Part shown: in pieces, positions 10,313 through 19,788 of the stretch
Numbering within the stretch: position 1 is the stretch's first letter
Layout of the letters: every line of letters starts with the position of its first letter
Assembly: GCA_963676835.2 (NCBI GenBank)
Contig: CAXXFF010000002.1
Coordinates: forward strand, 1,760,001 to 1,824,000
Length of the DNA: 64,000 bases
Reading direction: 5' to 3'
Source: Marispirochaeta sp.
GTDB lineage: Bacteria; Spirochaetota; Spirochaetia; JC444; Marispirochaetaceae
Translations under genes and position numbers: made by a program
The notes under the pieces: model-generated
What the model was told of the DNA's origin: nothing
Database searches by the model: none
What the model saw: only the letters and a program-made list of their open reading frames with translations

Positions 10313-11299
10313 ATGAGACCTTCTGTTATTTACCGGTTTATTCTGTGGATAGCTTTTTTGGCAGCATTCACAGTTCTGCTTGCAGCTGACGAGGATTCCG
10401 GTCTGCGGGTAACGGGAATTCAGTTTGACATCAGCCCGGAAATCTATACCTCACAGGAAGCATTCCGTGAAGCTGCAGATAGAGCGCTCCGGCAGGCAGT
10501 ACAGCCCTCGCAGCAGAGAGATCAGGCCGAACTTGTAGTGTTTCCGGAATATACCGGTGTTTTTTTTGTCTTTTTTGATGCACCCGGGGAGCTTGAGAGT
10601 ATTTCCTCCCTCGAAGAGGGGGGAGCTTTTCTGCAGAAAAACTATAATGCCTCAAACCTGCATGAGTTCTTCCTGACTGAACAGAGAAGAGCCGGGGAGG
10701 CGATGGATGCAGTCTGGGGAAATCTGGCCCGGCACTATGGTGTGTACCTGTTGGGGGGAAGTTATTTCTCCGCAGATCCTGCATCTTCAACCGGATTTGT
10801 TTCCGGAAAGCTGTACAACCGTGCGGTGCTCTACAGCCCTGAGGGGCAGCGGATTTACCAGCAGGATAAGGTCTACCTGACACCCTTTGAAACCGATCTG
10901 CTTCAGGTATCCCCCGGAGAAATTACTGATGCCCGGCCGTTTATAATCGGAGGGAGATCCATTGCTTTGTCCATTTGCAGAGATACCTTTTTTTCCGCCT
11001 GGGAGGAACAGTATCGCGATGCCGACCTCTGGATTGATATCAAGGCCAATGGTGAGGTTTTTACTCCTGAGCAGGCTGAAATTTTCCGGGGGGCTCTGCC
11101 GGAACGCCTGAAGCAGCTTCCGGGGGTGTTGGGCATGACTGTCTGTCTGAACGGAGAGTTTCTTGATCTGCTCTGGGAGGGCCCTTCCAGCGTAATCAGT
11201 GTTGAACCCGGCCCCGGCGGCAAAACAATACACTGGATAGACCGTGCCGGTACCGTGCGGGGCCAGGACCTGGTTTCTGTCAGGTTCCCGGTTCCCTGA
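10313..11299 (+). CDS. Exported carbon-nitrogen hydrolase (nitrilase-superfamily) protein
   Basis: Signal peptide; Glu-Lys-Cys triad in VVFPEY, QDKVYL, ICRD. Confidence 0.75.
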   Translation: MRPSVIYRFILWIAFLAAFTVLLAADEDSGLRVTGIQFDISPEIYTSQEAFREAADRALRQAVQPSQQRDQAELVVFPEYTGVFFVFFDAPGELESISSLEEGGAFLQKNYNASNLHEFFLTEQRRAGEAMDAVWGNLARHYGVYLLGGSYFSADPASSTGFVSGKLYNRAVLYSPEGQRIYQQDKVYLTPFETDLLQVSPGEITDARPFIIGGRSIALSICRDTFFSAWEEQYRDADLWIDIKANGEVFTPEQAEIFRGALPERLKQLPGVLGMTVCLNGEFLDLLWEGPSSVISVEPGPGGKTIHWIDRAGTVRGQDLVSVRFPVP

Positions 11300-11408
11300 T
11301 CATGCCCTGAAGCCTCAATTCGTGCGGGAGCAGTGTTGAGGGAAGCTTGACAGATGTGTAATCATTTAGGATGGTACTGGAACCAGGATTATTATCGCAG
11401 AGGTTTGA

Positions 11409-12467
11409 ATGAAAGAGTTTTTTGCTTCCAGAAAAGAGTCAATAAGCAGGTATCTGGAGGATTTTCTCACATCCCGTGGTGCAGAGCTTGAAAGTATAAA
11501 TGCCCAGGGACCTGTGGCCGCAAAGCGTCTGCTGGATTACAGCCGGGAAGGAAAGATGATCCGGGGATGCCTTGCAGGGCTTGCCCAGGGACTTTTTTCC
11601 AGTAAGGTTGATACCGATGCGGACCGCCTGGGCTCTGTTATGGAACTCTTTCAGTCGGCCCTGCTTGTCCATGATGATATCATGGACCGGGATCCCCTGC
11701 GCCGGGGAAAACCGGCAATGCATATCCAGTATGCCCGCAGTCTTAAAGAGGATAAGGCTGCTGATCCTGACCGTACCGGTGAGTCCCTTGGCATTTGTGT
11801 AGGGGATATTGCCTTTTTTCTGGCCTATGAAATCTTAAGTTCTCTGGACGTTTCGGCTCCAACATCCCTTGCCCTTCTGAAGCTGTGTTCCCGGGAGATG
11901 ACCGGTGTCGGCCTTGGCCAGATGCAGGATATTCGCGCCGGGGTAATGCCCGAACCTCCAGCTGTTGAAGATGTCCTTTCTCTATACGTTAATAAAACCG
12001 GAAGGTATACCTTTTCTCTGCCCCTTATGAGCGGTGCCGTACTTGGCGGTGCGGATGAGGAGATGATTGATGCCCTCAGTGAACTGGGTGAAGTTCTGGG
12101 CATTATTTTTCAGATTAAGGATGATGAACTTGGGCTTTTCGGAACTCCGGAGAAGATCGGCAAGCCTGTGGGGACAGATCTTTCAGAGGGAAAGCAGACT
12201 ATTTTCTATAATCTGCTTATGCAGAAGCTCAGTACAGAAGATGCTGTCCGGGTAAAATCACTGGTGGGCAGAGAGTCCGTGCCGGAGCAGGAAGTTCTTT
12301 TTGTTCGGCAAATGCTGGTGGAAACCGGTGTCATGGAGAAGGTTCGGGAGATTCTCAAGTCCCATCAGGAAAAAGCCCACCGGATTATGAAGCTGCTCCC
12401 CTTGTCTTCAGAGTACGGCAGGATATTTACAGATTTTGTTGAGTATAATCTGAGTAGAACAGTGTAG
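11409..12467 (+). CDS. Polyprenyl diphosphate synthase (GGPP synthase-like)
   Basis: GKMIR, first Asp-rich motif HDDIMD..LRRG, second motif FQIKDD. Confidence 0.88.
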   Translation: MKEFFASRKESISRYLEDFLTSRGAELESINAQGPVAAKRLLDYSREGKMIRGCLAGLAQGLFSSKVDTDADRLGSVMELFQSALLVHDDIMDRDPLRRGKPAMHIQYARSLKEDKAADPDRTGESLGICVGDIAFFLAYEILSSLDVSAPTSLALLKLCSREMTGVGLGQMQDIRAGVMPEPPAVEDVLSLYVNKTGRYTFSLPLMSGAVLGGADEEMIDALSELGEVLGIIFQIKDDELGLFGTPEKIGKPVGTDLSEGKQTIFYNLLMQKLSTEDAVRVKSLVGRESVPEQEVLFVRQMLVETGVMEKVREILKSHQEKAHRIMKLLPLSSEYGRIFTDFVEYNLSRTV

Positions 12468-12471
12468 ACCC

Positions 12472-14163
12472 TTAAATCCGCCCTGAGCGGATTATACCGA
12501 TTATGAGCCAGAGCCCGAGGATTCCTGCCAGTACAAAGCCTGCCAGGGCCAGCAGGGAGAAACCGAAGACCCGTATGCCGCCGTCACTCTGGTTCATGAA
12601 GGCGGACCCTACCAGAAGGCCTGCAATTACTATTGCGAATGAGAGACGGTTGAAGGACTTGTCCAGCTCTCTGGTTGTGGTATCCAGGCCCTTTACCTCC
12701 AGTTCCATTCTCAGTTTTCCTGCCCTCAGTTTTTTTAACACCATGCTTGCATCGCTGGGCAGGGCGCGTACAAAGGTGACCGTCTCCCGCAGGAAATCAA
12801 TTGAATCTGAAAATCGTTCTCCCGGTTTCAGCCGTTCCCTCATGTAGTCGTGAATAAAGGGCCGGGTAGCCTCGATAATGTTGTATTCCGGGTCCAGCTC
12901 ACGCCCCAGGCCTTCTGCTGTCAGAATTACTTTTAAGGTTAGGGCGAAGTCGGCGGGGAGGGAAATCCGGTAGGTACGGATAATCCTGGAGAGGTCCTCT
13001 ATGATTTTTCCTGCCTGAATATGAGAAAGGGGCATGCTGTAGTAGTAGTTGATCAGGTTGTTCAGATCGTGACGCAGGTCGTGAATGGAGGTCTCCTCTT
13101 CGATGAAATCCATACGCAGAAAGGTCTGAACAATCTTGTTCGGGTCCCTGCGTACAAATCCTTCAAAGAGGCTGAACAGGGCCTCCTTCATACTTCGGTC
13201 AATGAATCCGACCATGCCGAAATCCAGGGGGGCAAGTTTACCGTCGGGGGTAACAATAAAGTTGCCTGGATGGGGGTCGGCATTGAAGAAACCGAGTTTG
13301 AAGAGCTGAGTCAGGATATAATTTACCCCCAGATCTGCGAGGTGGCGGCGCTGTTCCTCCGGTATATTATCAACAATAAATTCTCCTACGGTTTGTCCTT
13401 CGATATAGGACATGCTTAAAACCGTTGAGTTGGAGGTCTCCCAGTAAACCCTGGGAATGATAATGTCTTCCTGGCTTTCGAAGCTTTTCCGGAAAAGATC
13501 AAAGGCTCTGCCTTCGTGATAGAAGTCGAGTTCCATTCGGATGCTGCGGGAAAACTCATCGACAATTTTAACCGGTCCATAGATTTTGAATGAAGGAAGG
13601 TATTTTTCCGCCAGTTCCGCAAGATCCCTTAAGATTGAGAGATCGGTTTCTATAAGGTTGACTATTCTCGGACGGCGCACTTTTACCGCCAGATCCCTGC
13701 CATCAAGACTTTTCGCGCGGTGAACCTGGGCAATTGATGCGGATGCTCTCGGGCTTGGGTCAAACCAGCTGAACAGTTCATTCAGGGGTTTCTGAAAGCT
13801 CTGCTCTATTTCTGTGATAATCTCTTCCCCGGGAAGAGGCAGTGCTGAAGCCTGCAGATTTGCAAGTTCGTCGGTGTAGTCATCCGGGAGAATATCGGAC
13901 CTTAGGCTCATAATCTGACCGAGTTTAATGAAGGTCGGTCCAAGGTCTTCAAGCAGAAAACGGAGCCTCACCGCCATGGGATCTTTGGGGGAGACCGTAA
14001 CGCCCCGCTTCTGAAAACGCCGGATCATACTTGGCCCTTTGATAATTCCCAGGTGTACCAGGAAATCATCAAAACCATAGGCGATAATCTTGGCAATTAT
14101 TTTCCGGTAGCGGCCGATCTTTCCAACACGATGATCTTTTTTTCTACTGAACAGTTTTCCCAC
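12472..14163 (-). CDS. UbiB/ABC1 atypical kinase
   Basis: LGPTFIKLGQ, ASASIAQVH, AVKVRRP, ADPHPGN, LDFGMVG; two C-terminal TM helices. Confidence 0.9.
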   Translation of the reverse strand: MGKLFSRKKDHRVGKIGRYRKIIAKIIAYGFDDFLVHLGIIKGPSMIRRFQKRGVTVSPKDPMAVRLRFLLEDLGPTFIKLGQIMSLRSDILPDDYTDELANLQASALPLPGEEIITEIEQSFQKPLNELFSWFDPSPRASASIAQVHRAKSLDGRDLAVKVRRPRIVNLIETDLSILRDLAELAEKYLPSFKIYGPVKIVDEFSRSIRMELDFYHEGRAFDLFRKSFESQEDIIIPRVYWETSNSTVLSMSYIEGQTVGEFIVDNIPEEQRRHLADLGVNYILTQLFKLGFFNADPHPGNFIVTPDGKLAPLDFGMVGFIDRSMKEALFSLFEGFVRRDPNKIVQTFLRMDFIEEETSIHDLRHDLNNLINYYYSMPLSHIQAGKIIEDLSRIIRTYRISLPADFALTLKVILTAEGLGRELDPEYNIIEATRPFIHDYMRERLKPGERFSDSIDFLRETVTFVRALPSDASMVLKKLRAGKLRMELEVKGLDTTTRELDKSFNRLSFAIVIAGLLVGSAFMNQSDGGIRVFGFSLLALAGFVLAGILGLWLIIGIIRSGRI

Positions 14164-14269
14164 AATTACATACTACTGCCATATTACCGTATAATCCAGT
14201 AATAAGAGTAGCAGGATGGATAGAGGACAGACCAGATGGAGGGCAGGGGTGAAGAAAACCATGCAGGGC

Positions 14270-14941
14270 TTAAAGCCCGCTGATGCGAAGACCTGCAAAA
14301 AAGCCTAACTGTATAAGCAGATAGTATACAGGCAGGTTCGATCCGGTTTTCAGCTTTCCCAGGCGGAAGAAAAAGGCACATACCGCCGCAATGAGAAACC
14401 AGGCAAGATAATTCTGCAGAGGTATTCCCTGCAGTGTGTCCCAGGTCCAGTAATCGAGAGCAATGGCCGCGGGTTCCATAATCCAGTCGAAGGTCGCTGC
14501 CAGAATCCCGGTAAGAATGGCTCCCCGCAGGGGATTATTGATAAAGCGGAAAACAATTGATGCAAGGGCAAATACGATCAGGGTCCAGTTGAGTCCGATG
14601 ATAAGGGGTACTTCAAGAAACTTGACCCCAAGGGTGCTTCCGTAGTGATAGGGGCCGAAAACCGCTCCGGTTGCAACTCCTGCGGTTTCTGCGGCAAAGG
14701 TGAACAGGTATGTTCCGGCAGTCCACAGGAGCAGATGCCGGGGATCATCGCGTACTGTCCGTATCAGTACCAGCAGGCTTGAGGCGGCGAGAATAAAAGG
14801 CGTCATGCCCAGCATAAGGGGCAAGGTCCCGGAGTTCAGGTGCCCGGTGAAACCTACCACAAAAAAGAGAGCCAGAGCGGAGGCAATAATTTTGTCGACG
14901 TGATTTCTGTCCAGACCTGCGGGCCCCGGTTTTCTGTCCAT
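14270..14941 (-). CDS. Carotenoid biosynthesis membrane protein, CruF-like (1,2-hydratase family)
   Basis: AETAGVATGAVFGPYHYG..LG, VPLIIGLNW, DWIMEP, PLQNYLAW; 1-nt overlap with crtB. Confidence 0.75.
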   Translation of the reverse strand: MDRKPGPAGLDRNHVDKIIASALALFFVVGFTGHLNSGTLPLMLGMTPFILAASSLLVLIRTVRDDPRHLLLWTAGTYLFTFAAETAGVATGAVFGPYHYGSTLGVKFLEVPLIIGLNWTLIVFALASIVFRFINNPLRGAILTGILAATFDWIMEPAAIALDYWTWDTLQGIPLQNYLAWFLIAAVCAFFFRLGKLKTGSNLPVYYLLIQLGFFAGLRISGL

Positions 14942-15771
14942 TATCCTGTTACCGTGTTTTTCAGCAGGCTTGCAAGAATCCTGATTTTGGAAGGTTTCAC
15001 TTTTTTCTCATACACAATATAGGGGTTCTTCTCAATCACTCCGGCGGTCCACAGGTACATGTCTCCTGCTGTTTTTATGGGGATCCGGTAACGTTTCGGG
15101 ATAAGCCGGTAACCCCCTTCCGCCTGTTTCTGCCATGCCTTGTAGCGTTTTGTCTGTTTTTGCATAAACTGCATAAAGGCATTCTCTTTTTTTCGGGTCT
15201 CCTCCGCTTTCAGAGAGGTCAGTGCTGACTCCTCCAGGGGCAGGTAGCGTCTGCCCAGACTTATATCCTCATCTATGTCCCGTATGAAGTTTATGTACTG
15301 CATGGAACGACCCAGCATTTTTGATGCCTCTTCAGCTTCCGGAGGGAGATCCATGATTCTTCCCATAAACAGTCCGATAACCTCTGCAGAACCGTAAATA
15401 TAGGTGAGGGTATCCTCGAGTTTATCATAATCCGATTTCTCCAGATCCATTTCCATGGAGGTCAGAAAGGCCTCTGTCCATGCTGGATCGAAGTTCCGCG
15501 CTTTTGAAAGTTCCACAAAGGAGTCGACAATGGGGTTGTCCGCCGCTGTTCCTGCCAGAGCATTGCGGTAACTTTCTCTGAAGCGGTAAAAACCCTCCCT
15601 GTCCTGGGGCTGGGAATCCACAAAGTTATCGGCAACCCGTACAAAGGCGTAGAGCACAGATACTTCATCCCGGACCGCCCGGGGAAAGAATATGCTGGAG
15701 TTGAAGTAGGTTTTACTGCCTGCTTTAAATACCTGATGATGTATTTTCTGTGCCTGAATTCGTCTGCTCAT
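14941..15771 (-). CDS. crtB: Phytoene/squalene synthase
   Basis: GSKTY, LYAFVRVADNFVD, MEMDL, YIYGSAEVIG, QYINFIRDIDED..LGRRYLP. Confidence 0.85.
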   Translation of the reverse strand: MSRRIQAQKIHHQVFKAGSKTYFNSSIFFPRAVRDEVSVLYAFVRVADNFVDSQPQDREGFYRFRESYRNALAGTAADNPIVDSFVELSKARNFDPAWTEAFLTSMEMDLEKSDYDKLEDTLTYIYGSAEVIGLFMGRIMDLPPEAEEASKMLGRSMQYINFIRDIDEDISLGRRYLPLEESALTSLKAEETRKKENAFMQFMQKQTKRYKAWQKQAEGGYRLIPKRYRIPIKTAGDMYLWTAGVIEKNPYIVYEKKVKPSKIRILASLLKNTVTG

Positions 15772-15832
15772 GTTTCTGTTTCCTGCAAATCAATATCTCC
15801 CTCCCTAAATATACCGGAAAAGAAGCCGTAAG

Positions 15833-15866
15833 GGCACCTCTAAAAATACCACGTTTTTGAGGTGCC
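15833..15866. repeat. Short inverted repeat between divergent crtB and pfk
   Basis: GGCACCTC-T-AAAAA...TTTTT-GAGGTGCC. Confidence 0.7.
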
Positions 15867-15951
15867 ATACGAAAAACCCGATCTCCCCTTACTTGCAACT
15901 TCTTGTCTGGTTACTTAAAATATCTGGAAGCGGCCTGTCAGGAGGTATTTT

Positions 15952-17274
15952 GTGAATTCTCTAAATTTTACTATTCCCAGACTCGGGGAAGCAAAAATTC
16001 AGTCACCAGTAAAGATGTCGACCCAAACCGGCGATAGTATTGCGAATTATGTAAGGGATGACGAGTTTATCCTCTATAATATCGATGCCAAGCCCGGCAG
16101 CTATAACCTTGAGTACAAGCATGGGGACCTCCTGGAAAAAGCCGGTCCCCGGGAGAAAATCTATTTTTCCCCCGGTCACGTGCATGCAGGAATTGTAACC
16201 TGCGGAGGGCTGTGTCCCGGTCTCAACAATGTAATCCGGGCCATTGTACGTACCCTCTGGTACAGCTACGGTATCCAGCGAATTTCGGGCATCCGCAACG
16301 GCTATCGGGGCTTTCTGCCCGAATACGGTATTCCCGTAATGCCCCTGGATCCGGAAATTGTTGACGATATCCATACCAAAGGGGGAACCATTCTCGGTTC
16401 CAGCCGCGGCGGCTCCGATGTTGATGCCATTTGTGACTCCATTACCCGGATGAATCTGAATATCCTCTTTACCATTGGCGGCGACGGCACCCAGCACGGG
16501 GCCTTCCTGATTGCCGAAGAGCTGAAAAAGCGCAACCAGAAGATTGCGGTAATCGGTATTCCCAAGACCATTGATAATGACCTGGCTTTTATTCAGAAAT
16601 CCTTCGGCTTTGAGACTGCTGTTTCCAAGGCGGTAAACGCCGTATCCAGTGCCCATACTGAGGCTTACGATGCAATTAACGGTATAGGCATAGTAAAGGT
16701 TATGGGCCGTGAGTCCGGTTTTATTGCCGCCCATACCGCCCTGGCCAACAACGAAGTAAATTTTGTGCTTATTCCCGAGATTGATTTTGACCTTGAAGGT
16801 GAGTACGGCCTGTTCAACACTATTCGCAAACGTCTGGAAAGGCGGCATCATGCTGTGCTCTGTATTGCCGAGGGCGCAGGACAGCAGTATTTGAAAGAGA
16901 AGAAAGGTACTGATGATTCGGGTAACAAGATACTTGGAGATATCGGAATGTATCTCAAAGATAAAATCAAGGAATATTTCAAATCCATCAATACCGAGGT
17001 CAATATTAAATACATCGACCCCAGTTACATGATCCGCTCAGCTCCGGCGAATCCCAATGATTCAATCTACTGTGCCAGGCTTGGAACCAATGCGGTTCAT
17101 GCTGCCATGGCGGGAAAGACCCAGACTCTCATCAGTCTGGTAAACAATACCTTTGTTCATCTGCCTATTGAGATAGCCATCAACAAACGGAATACCGTTG
17201 ATCCCGAAGGCCCTCTCTGGCGGGATGTTGTCAGCGCTACTCATCAGCCTCTGGTAATGAAAAACGAAAAGTAG
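15952..17274 (+). CDS. pfkA: 6-phosphofructokinase, probably ATP-dependent
   Basis: [36 protein letters not shown]. Confidence 0.9.
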   Translation: MNSLNFTIPRLGEAKIQSPVKMSTQTGDSIANYVRDDEFILYNIDAKPGSYNLEYKHGDLLEKAGPREKIYFSPGHVHAGIVTCGGLCPGLNNVIRAIVRTLWYSYGIQRISGIRNGYRGFLPEYGIPVMPLDPEIVDDIHTKGGTILGSSRGGSDVDAICDSITRMNLNILFTIGGDGTQHGAFLIAEELKKRNQKIAVIGIPKTIDNDLAFIQKSFGFETAVSKAVNAVSSAHTEAYDAINGIGIVKVMGRESGFIAAHTALANNEVNFVLIPEIDFDLEGEYGLFNTIRKRLERRHHAVLCIAEGAGQQYLKEKKGTDDSGNKILGDIGMYLKDKIKEYFKSINTEVNIKYIDPSYMIRSAPANPNDSIYCARLGTNAVHAAMAGKTQTLISLVNNTFVHLPIEIAINKRNTVDPEGPLWRDVVSATHQPLVMKNEK

Positions 17275-17321
17275 ATAGAATTTGTCATCGGCAGCTCTGC
17301 AATGCTATTATGGAGTTGCCG

Positions 17322-18320
17322 ATGATCGATAAAACTGTAGAATCCCCTACAATCCTTGTCCCCTATGTTCCCGCAGATGCAGACTGCAGTTGCCAGGATG
17401 TGTTTTTCTACCTGCGGCCGGAAACCAACGGAGTTCTGGTGGAGAGCCGGATTATGCGGGTTATTCAGCAGGATCAGCGCTACAGGGATTCCATTGAGCT
17501 TGCTTATCTTGCGAATCTGCCGGGATCATTTATCCTTGAAAAAAAGATTGTCCACCGTCATTATCATGTGAAAATACATTTTGCCCGAATGGGTATTAAT
17601 GCTTTTACCGGCTATATGAGAAGTGCTTTCCGGGAGTTTACCGGGGTTGATCCAGAGAATGCGGAGATTCTGGGAGCTTTTGATGCCTGTGACGCCCTGG
17701 ACCTGAGTGCAGAGGAACTTTTTCATACCTGGGTTCCTGTGGAGGATATGCTGACTGTCTGCGGGCAGAGTGTCAAGAAAATCCGGGGAGTATGGGTGGT
17801 CAACTACGATATTCCCGCTATCCTTTCCAGCAACAATGTGAATACCGATATTGCGGTAATGATTTTCCGCACTTCCCTGGGCTATACAGATATACATCAG
17901 ATGGTTGAATCCATCGGCAACGAACTGCACCGGTCGGGTCTATTGAAGAAAGAAGTTCCCCTGGCACGGGCTTTCCACTATTCCAAAGGCCCATTTGAGC
18001 AGATTCTCGATGCTCAGGGATATCTGATCAGGGAAAACGGTAAAGCCTGGGAAATTGAGCACTCCCGTTTTTCCAGATATCTCATGGAGGTTGAAGGATT
18101 CTCCCTGAACGAGGTTAAAGGGATTCTTGATCATTCTATCTTCGGTTTTCACCATACAACCCGGGATGGTTCTGAGTACCGGGAGGAGGATATATTTCTC
18201 TATACCCAGGGAGATACCTATCCCGATGCGGCGGAAAAATTAAGCCGGGCAGCGACACAGTACCGGCTTTACGGTTACCATTCAGCAATTAATGCCAAAA
18301 ATATCTCTAAAATGAAGTAA
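17322..18320 (+). CDS. Hypothetical protein, possibly a divergent nucleoside-diphosphate-kinase-like fold
   Basis: Long ORF with GGAG RBS before ATG 17322; FFYLRPE near the N-term and FHYSKGPFE recall NDK motifs. Confidence 0.5.
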   Translation: MIDKTVESPTILVPYVPADADCSCQDVFFYLRPETNGVLVESRIMRVIQQDQRYRDSIELAYLANLPGSFILEKKIVHRHYHVKIHFARMGINAFTGYMRSAFREFTGVDPENAEILGAFDACDALDLSAEELFHTWVPVEDMLTVCGQSVKKIRGVWVVNYDIPAILSSNNVNTDIAVMIFRTSLGYTDIHQMVESIGNELHRSGLLKKEVPLARAFHYSKGPFEQILDAQGYLIRENGKAWEIEHSRFSRYLMEVEGFSLNEVKGILDHSIFGFHHTTRDGSEYREEDIFLYTQGDTYPDAAEKLSRAATQYRLYGYHSAINAKNISKMK

Positions 18321-18401
18321 ATGTTAAAAAAAATCGTTTTAATGGATAAAAAAATACTGTAACCTCTGGATTATTCTGATGTTTTTTATTATAGTTAGGT
18401 C

Positions 18402-18505
18402 ATAATCTTTCCGGGTGTCAGGAGAATCTGAAATAGTTCTTTTGACTATGCCCGACCTTTTATTTCCCCCCAGGGTTTTACCTCCTTTCCCTGGGGGTTT
18501 TTTTT
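18402..18505 (+). ncRNA. Candidate small RNA (two hairpins, intrinsic terminator with CCUCCU loop)
   Basis: TGGATT-17bp-TATAGT upstream; hairpin at 18412-18454; terminator at 18467-18505; 5' end is estimated. Confidence 0.45.
18467..18505 (+). terminator. Rho-independent terminator
   Basis: CCCCCAGGG / CCCTGGGGG stem, 13-nt loop, followed by T8. Confidence 0.85.
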
Positions 18506-18511
18506 GCCTTC

Positions 18512-18540
18512 TTGTCCCATTTTTTCATCTTCTCTACAAT
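18512..18540 (+). promoter_or_regulatory. Putative sbcDC promoter
   Basis: TTGTCC-17bp-TACAAT. Confidence 0.55.
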
Positions 18541-18579
18541 GATCCTATCTTCGAGTCTATAGTTGTCCGGGAGAAAAGA

Positions 18580-19788
18580 GTGATTCGTCTGCTGCATACA
18601 TCAGATCTGCATTTGGGGCACCGCCTGCTTGAGCGAAGCCGGATTGAGGAGCAGAAGCTCTTTCTCGACTGGCTTGTTGAACGTATTCGTGACGAGGACA
18701 TTGATCTTCTTATTGCAGCCGGGGACATTTTCGACACCGGCACTCCGCCGAATGCAGCAATTGAGCTTTATTATGATTTTCTTCACCGGGTATCCTCCAA
18801 TCTGAGCCTTGGTACCGTTATCGTAGGGGGCAACCATGACTCTCCGGCGATGCTGAATGCTCCCGGGACCCTGCTCAAAGCCTTTGATGTGCATGTTGTC
18901 GGTGGAGCTTCTTCTCCTGAAGAGGAACTGCTTGTTTTGAAAGATCCCGCCGGAACTCCCTCGGTGTGCATAGGGGCTGTTCCCTTTTTACGTGAACGGG
19001 ATGTAAGAACACCCCGTCCGGGGGAGAGCATCGAAGACCGTGACCGCAGCACCGTGGAGGGTATTCGTGACCACTACCGGAAAGTTGCTGCAGCAGGAGT
19101 TCCTCCGGGGATTCCCTTTATTGTCACCGGTCATCTTTTTGCCGGTGGAGAGAAGAGCGGCGGTGAGCGGGATCTGTATATCGGCAGCCTCGGGCAGGTC
19201 GGGTTTTCTGTTTTTCCCGGTAATGCCGACTATTATGCCCTGGGTCATCTTCACCGGCCCCAGACAGTAGGGGGTAATGAGCATGTACGCTACTGCGGTT
19301 CTCCCCTGGCTCTGGATTTCGGAGATGACTCTGCCAAATCTGTACTCCTCGTAGAGTTGGGAGATACAGGGCTTGAAGAAATCAGGAAAATTGAAGTCCC
19401 TGCCTTCCGGCGCCTTGTTGCTTTGCAGGGGAATCTTCCCGAGATACTCTGGAAGCTGAATGATTTATCTGCAGTTCCCGGGGAACTTACTCCATGGGCG
19501 GATATTCTGGTTGAAGACTCACTGCCGGATGCACAGGAACGGGTTGAAGAGGCTGCGGCTAACCTGAATCTGGAGATCCTTCGGGTTCGCTACAGCTCGT
19601 CAGCCGCCGGCGAAGACCCCTGGGCGGAAGGTGAGCAGCTTGAAGAACTTTCTCCCCTTGAGGTTTTCCGGCGCTGCTGTGAAGCGCAGGGAATAGAAGC
19701 TGATGATCTTCTTGAAGGGGCCTATGGGGAACTGCTGCTCCAGGCGGAACGGAATATTGCGGAAAATACCGCCGGGGAGGATGTATGA
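18580..19788 (+). CDS. sbcD: Exonuclease SbcCD subunit D
   Basis: HTSDLHLG, AGDIFD, GGNHDS, ALGHLH metallophosphoesterase motifs; GTG start. Confidence 0.92.
   Translation: MIRLLHTSDLHLGHRLLERSRIEEQKLFLDWLVERIRDEDIDLLIAAGDIFDTGTPPNAAIELYYDFLHRVSSNLSLGTVIVGGNHDSPAMLNAPGTLLKAFDVHVVGGASSPEEELLVLKDPAGTPSVCIGAVPFLRERDVRTPRPGESIEDRDRSTVEGIRDHYRKVAAAGVPPGIPFIVTGHLFAGGEKSGGERDLYIGSLGQVGFSVFPGNADYYALGHLHRPQTVGGNEHVRYCGSPLALDFGDDSAKSVLLVELGDTGLEEIRKIEVPAFRRLVALQGNLPEILWKLNDLSAVPGELTPWADILVEDSLPDAQERVEEAAANLNLEILRVRYSSSAAGEDPWAEGEQLEELSPLEVFRRCCEAQGIEADDLLEGAYGELLLQAERNIAENTAGEDV

Noticed and set aside
18415..18579. 55-aa N-terminal extension of SbcD in the ORF track
   Set aside because: It runs through a terminator and promoter; homology begins at GTG 18580
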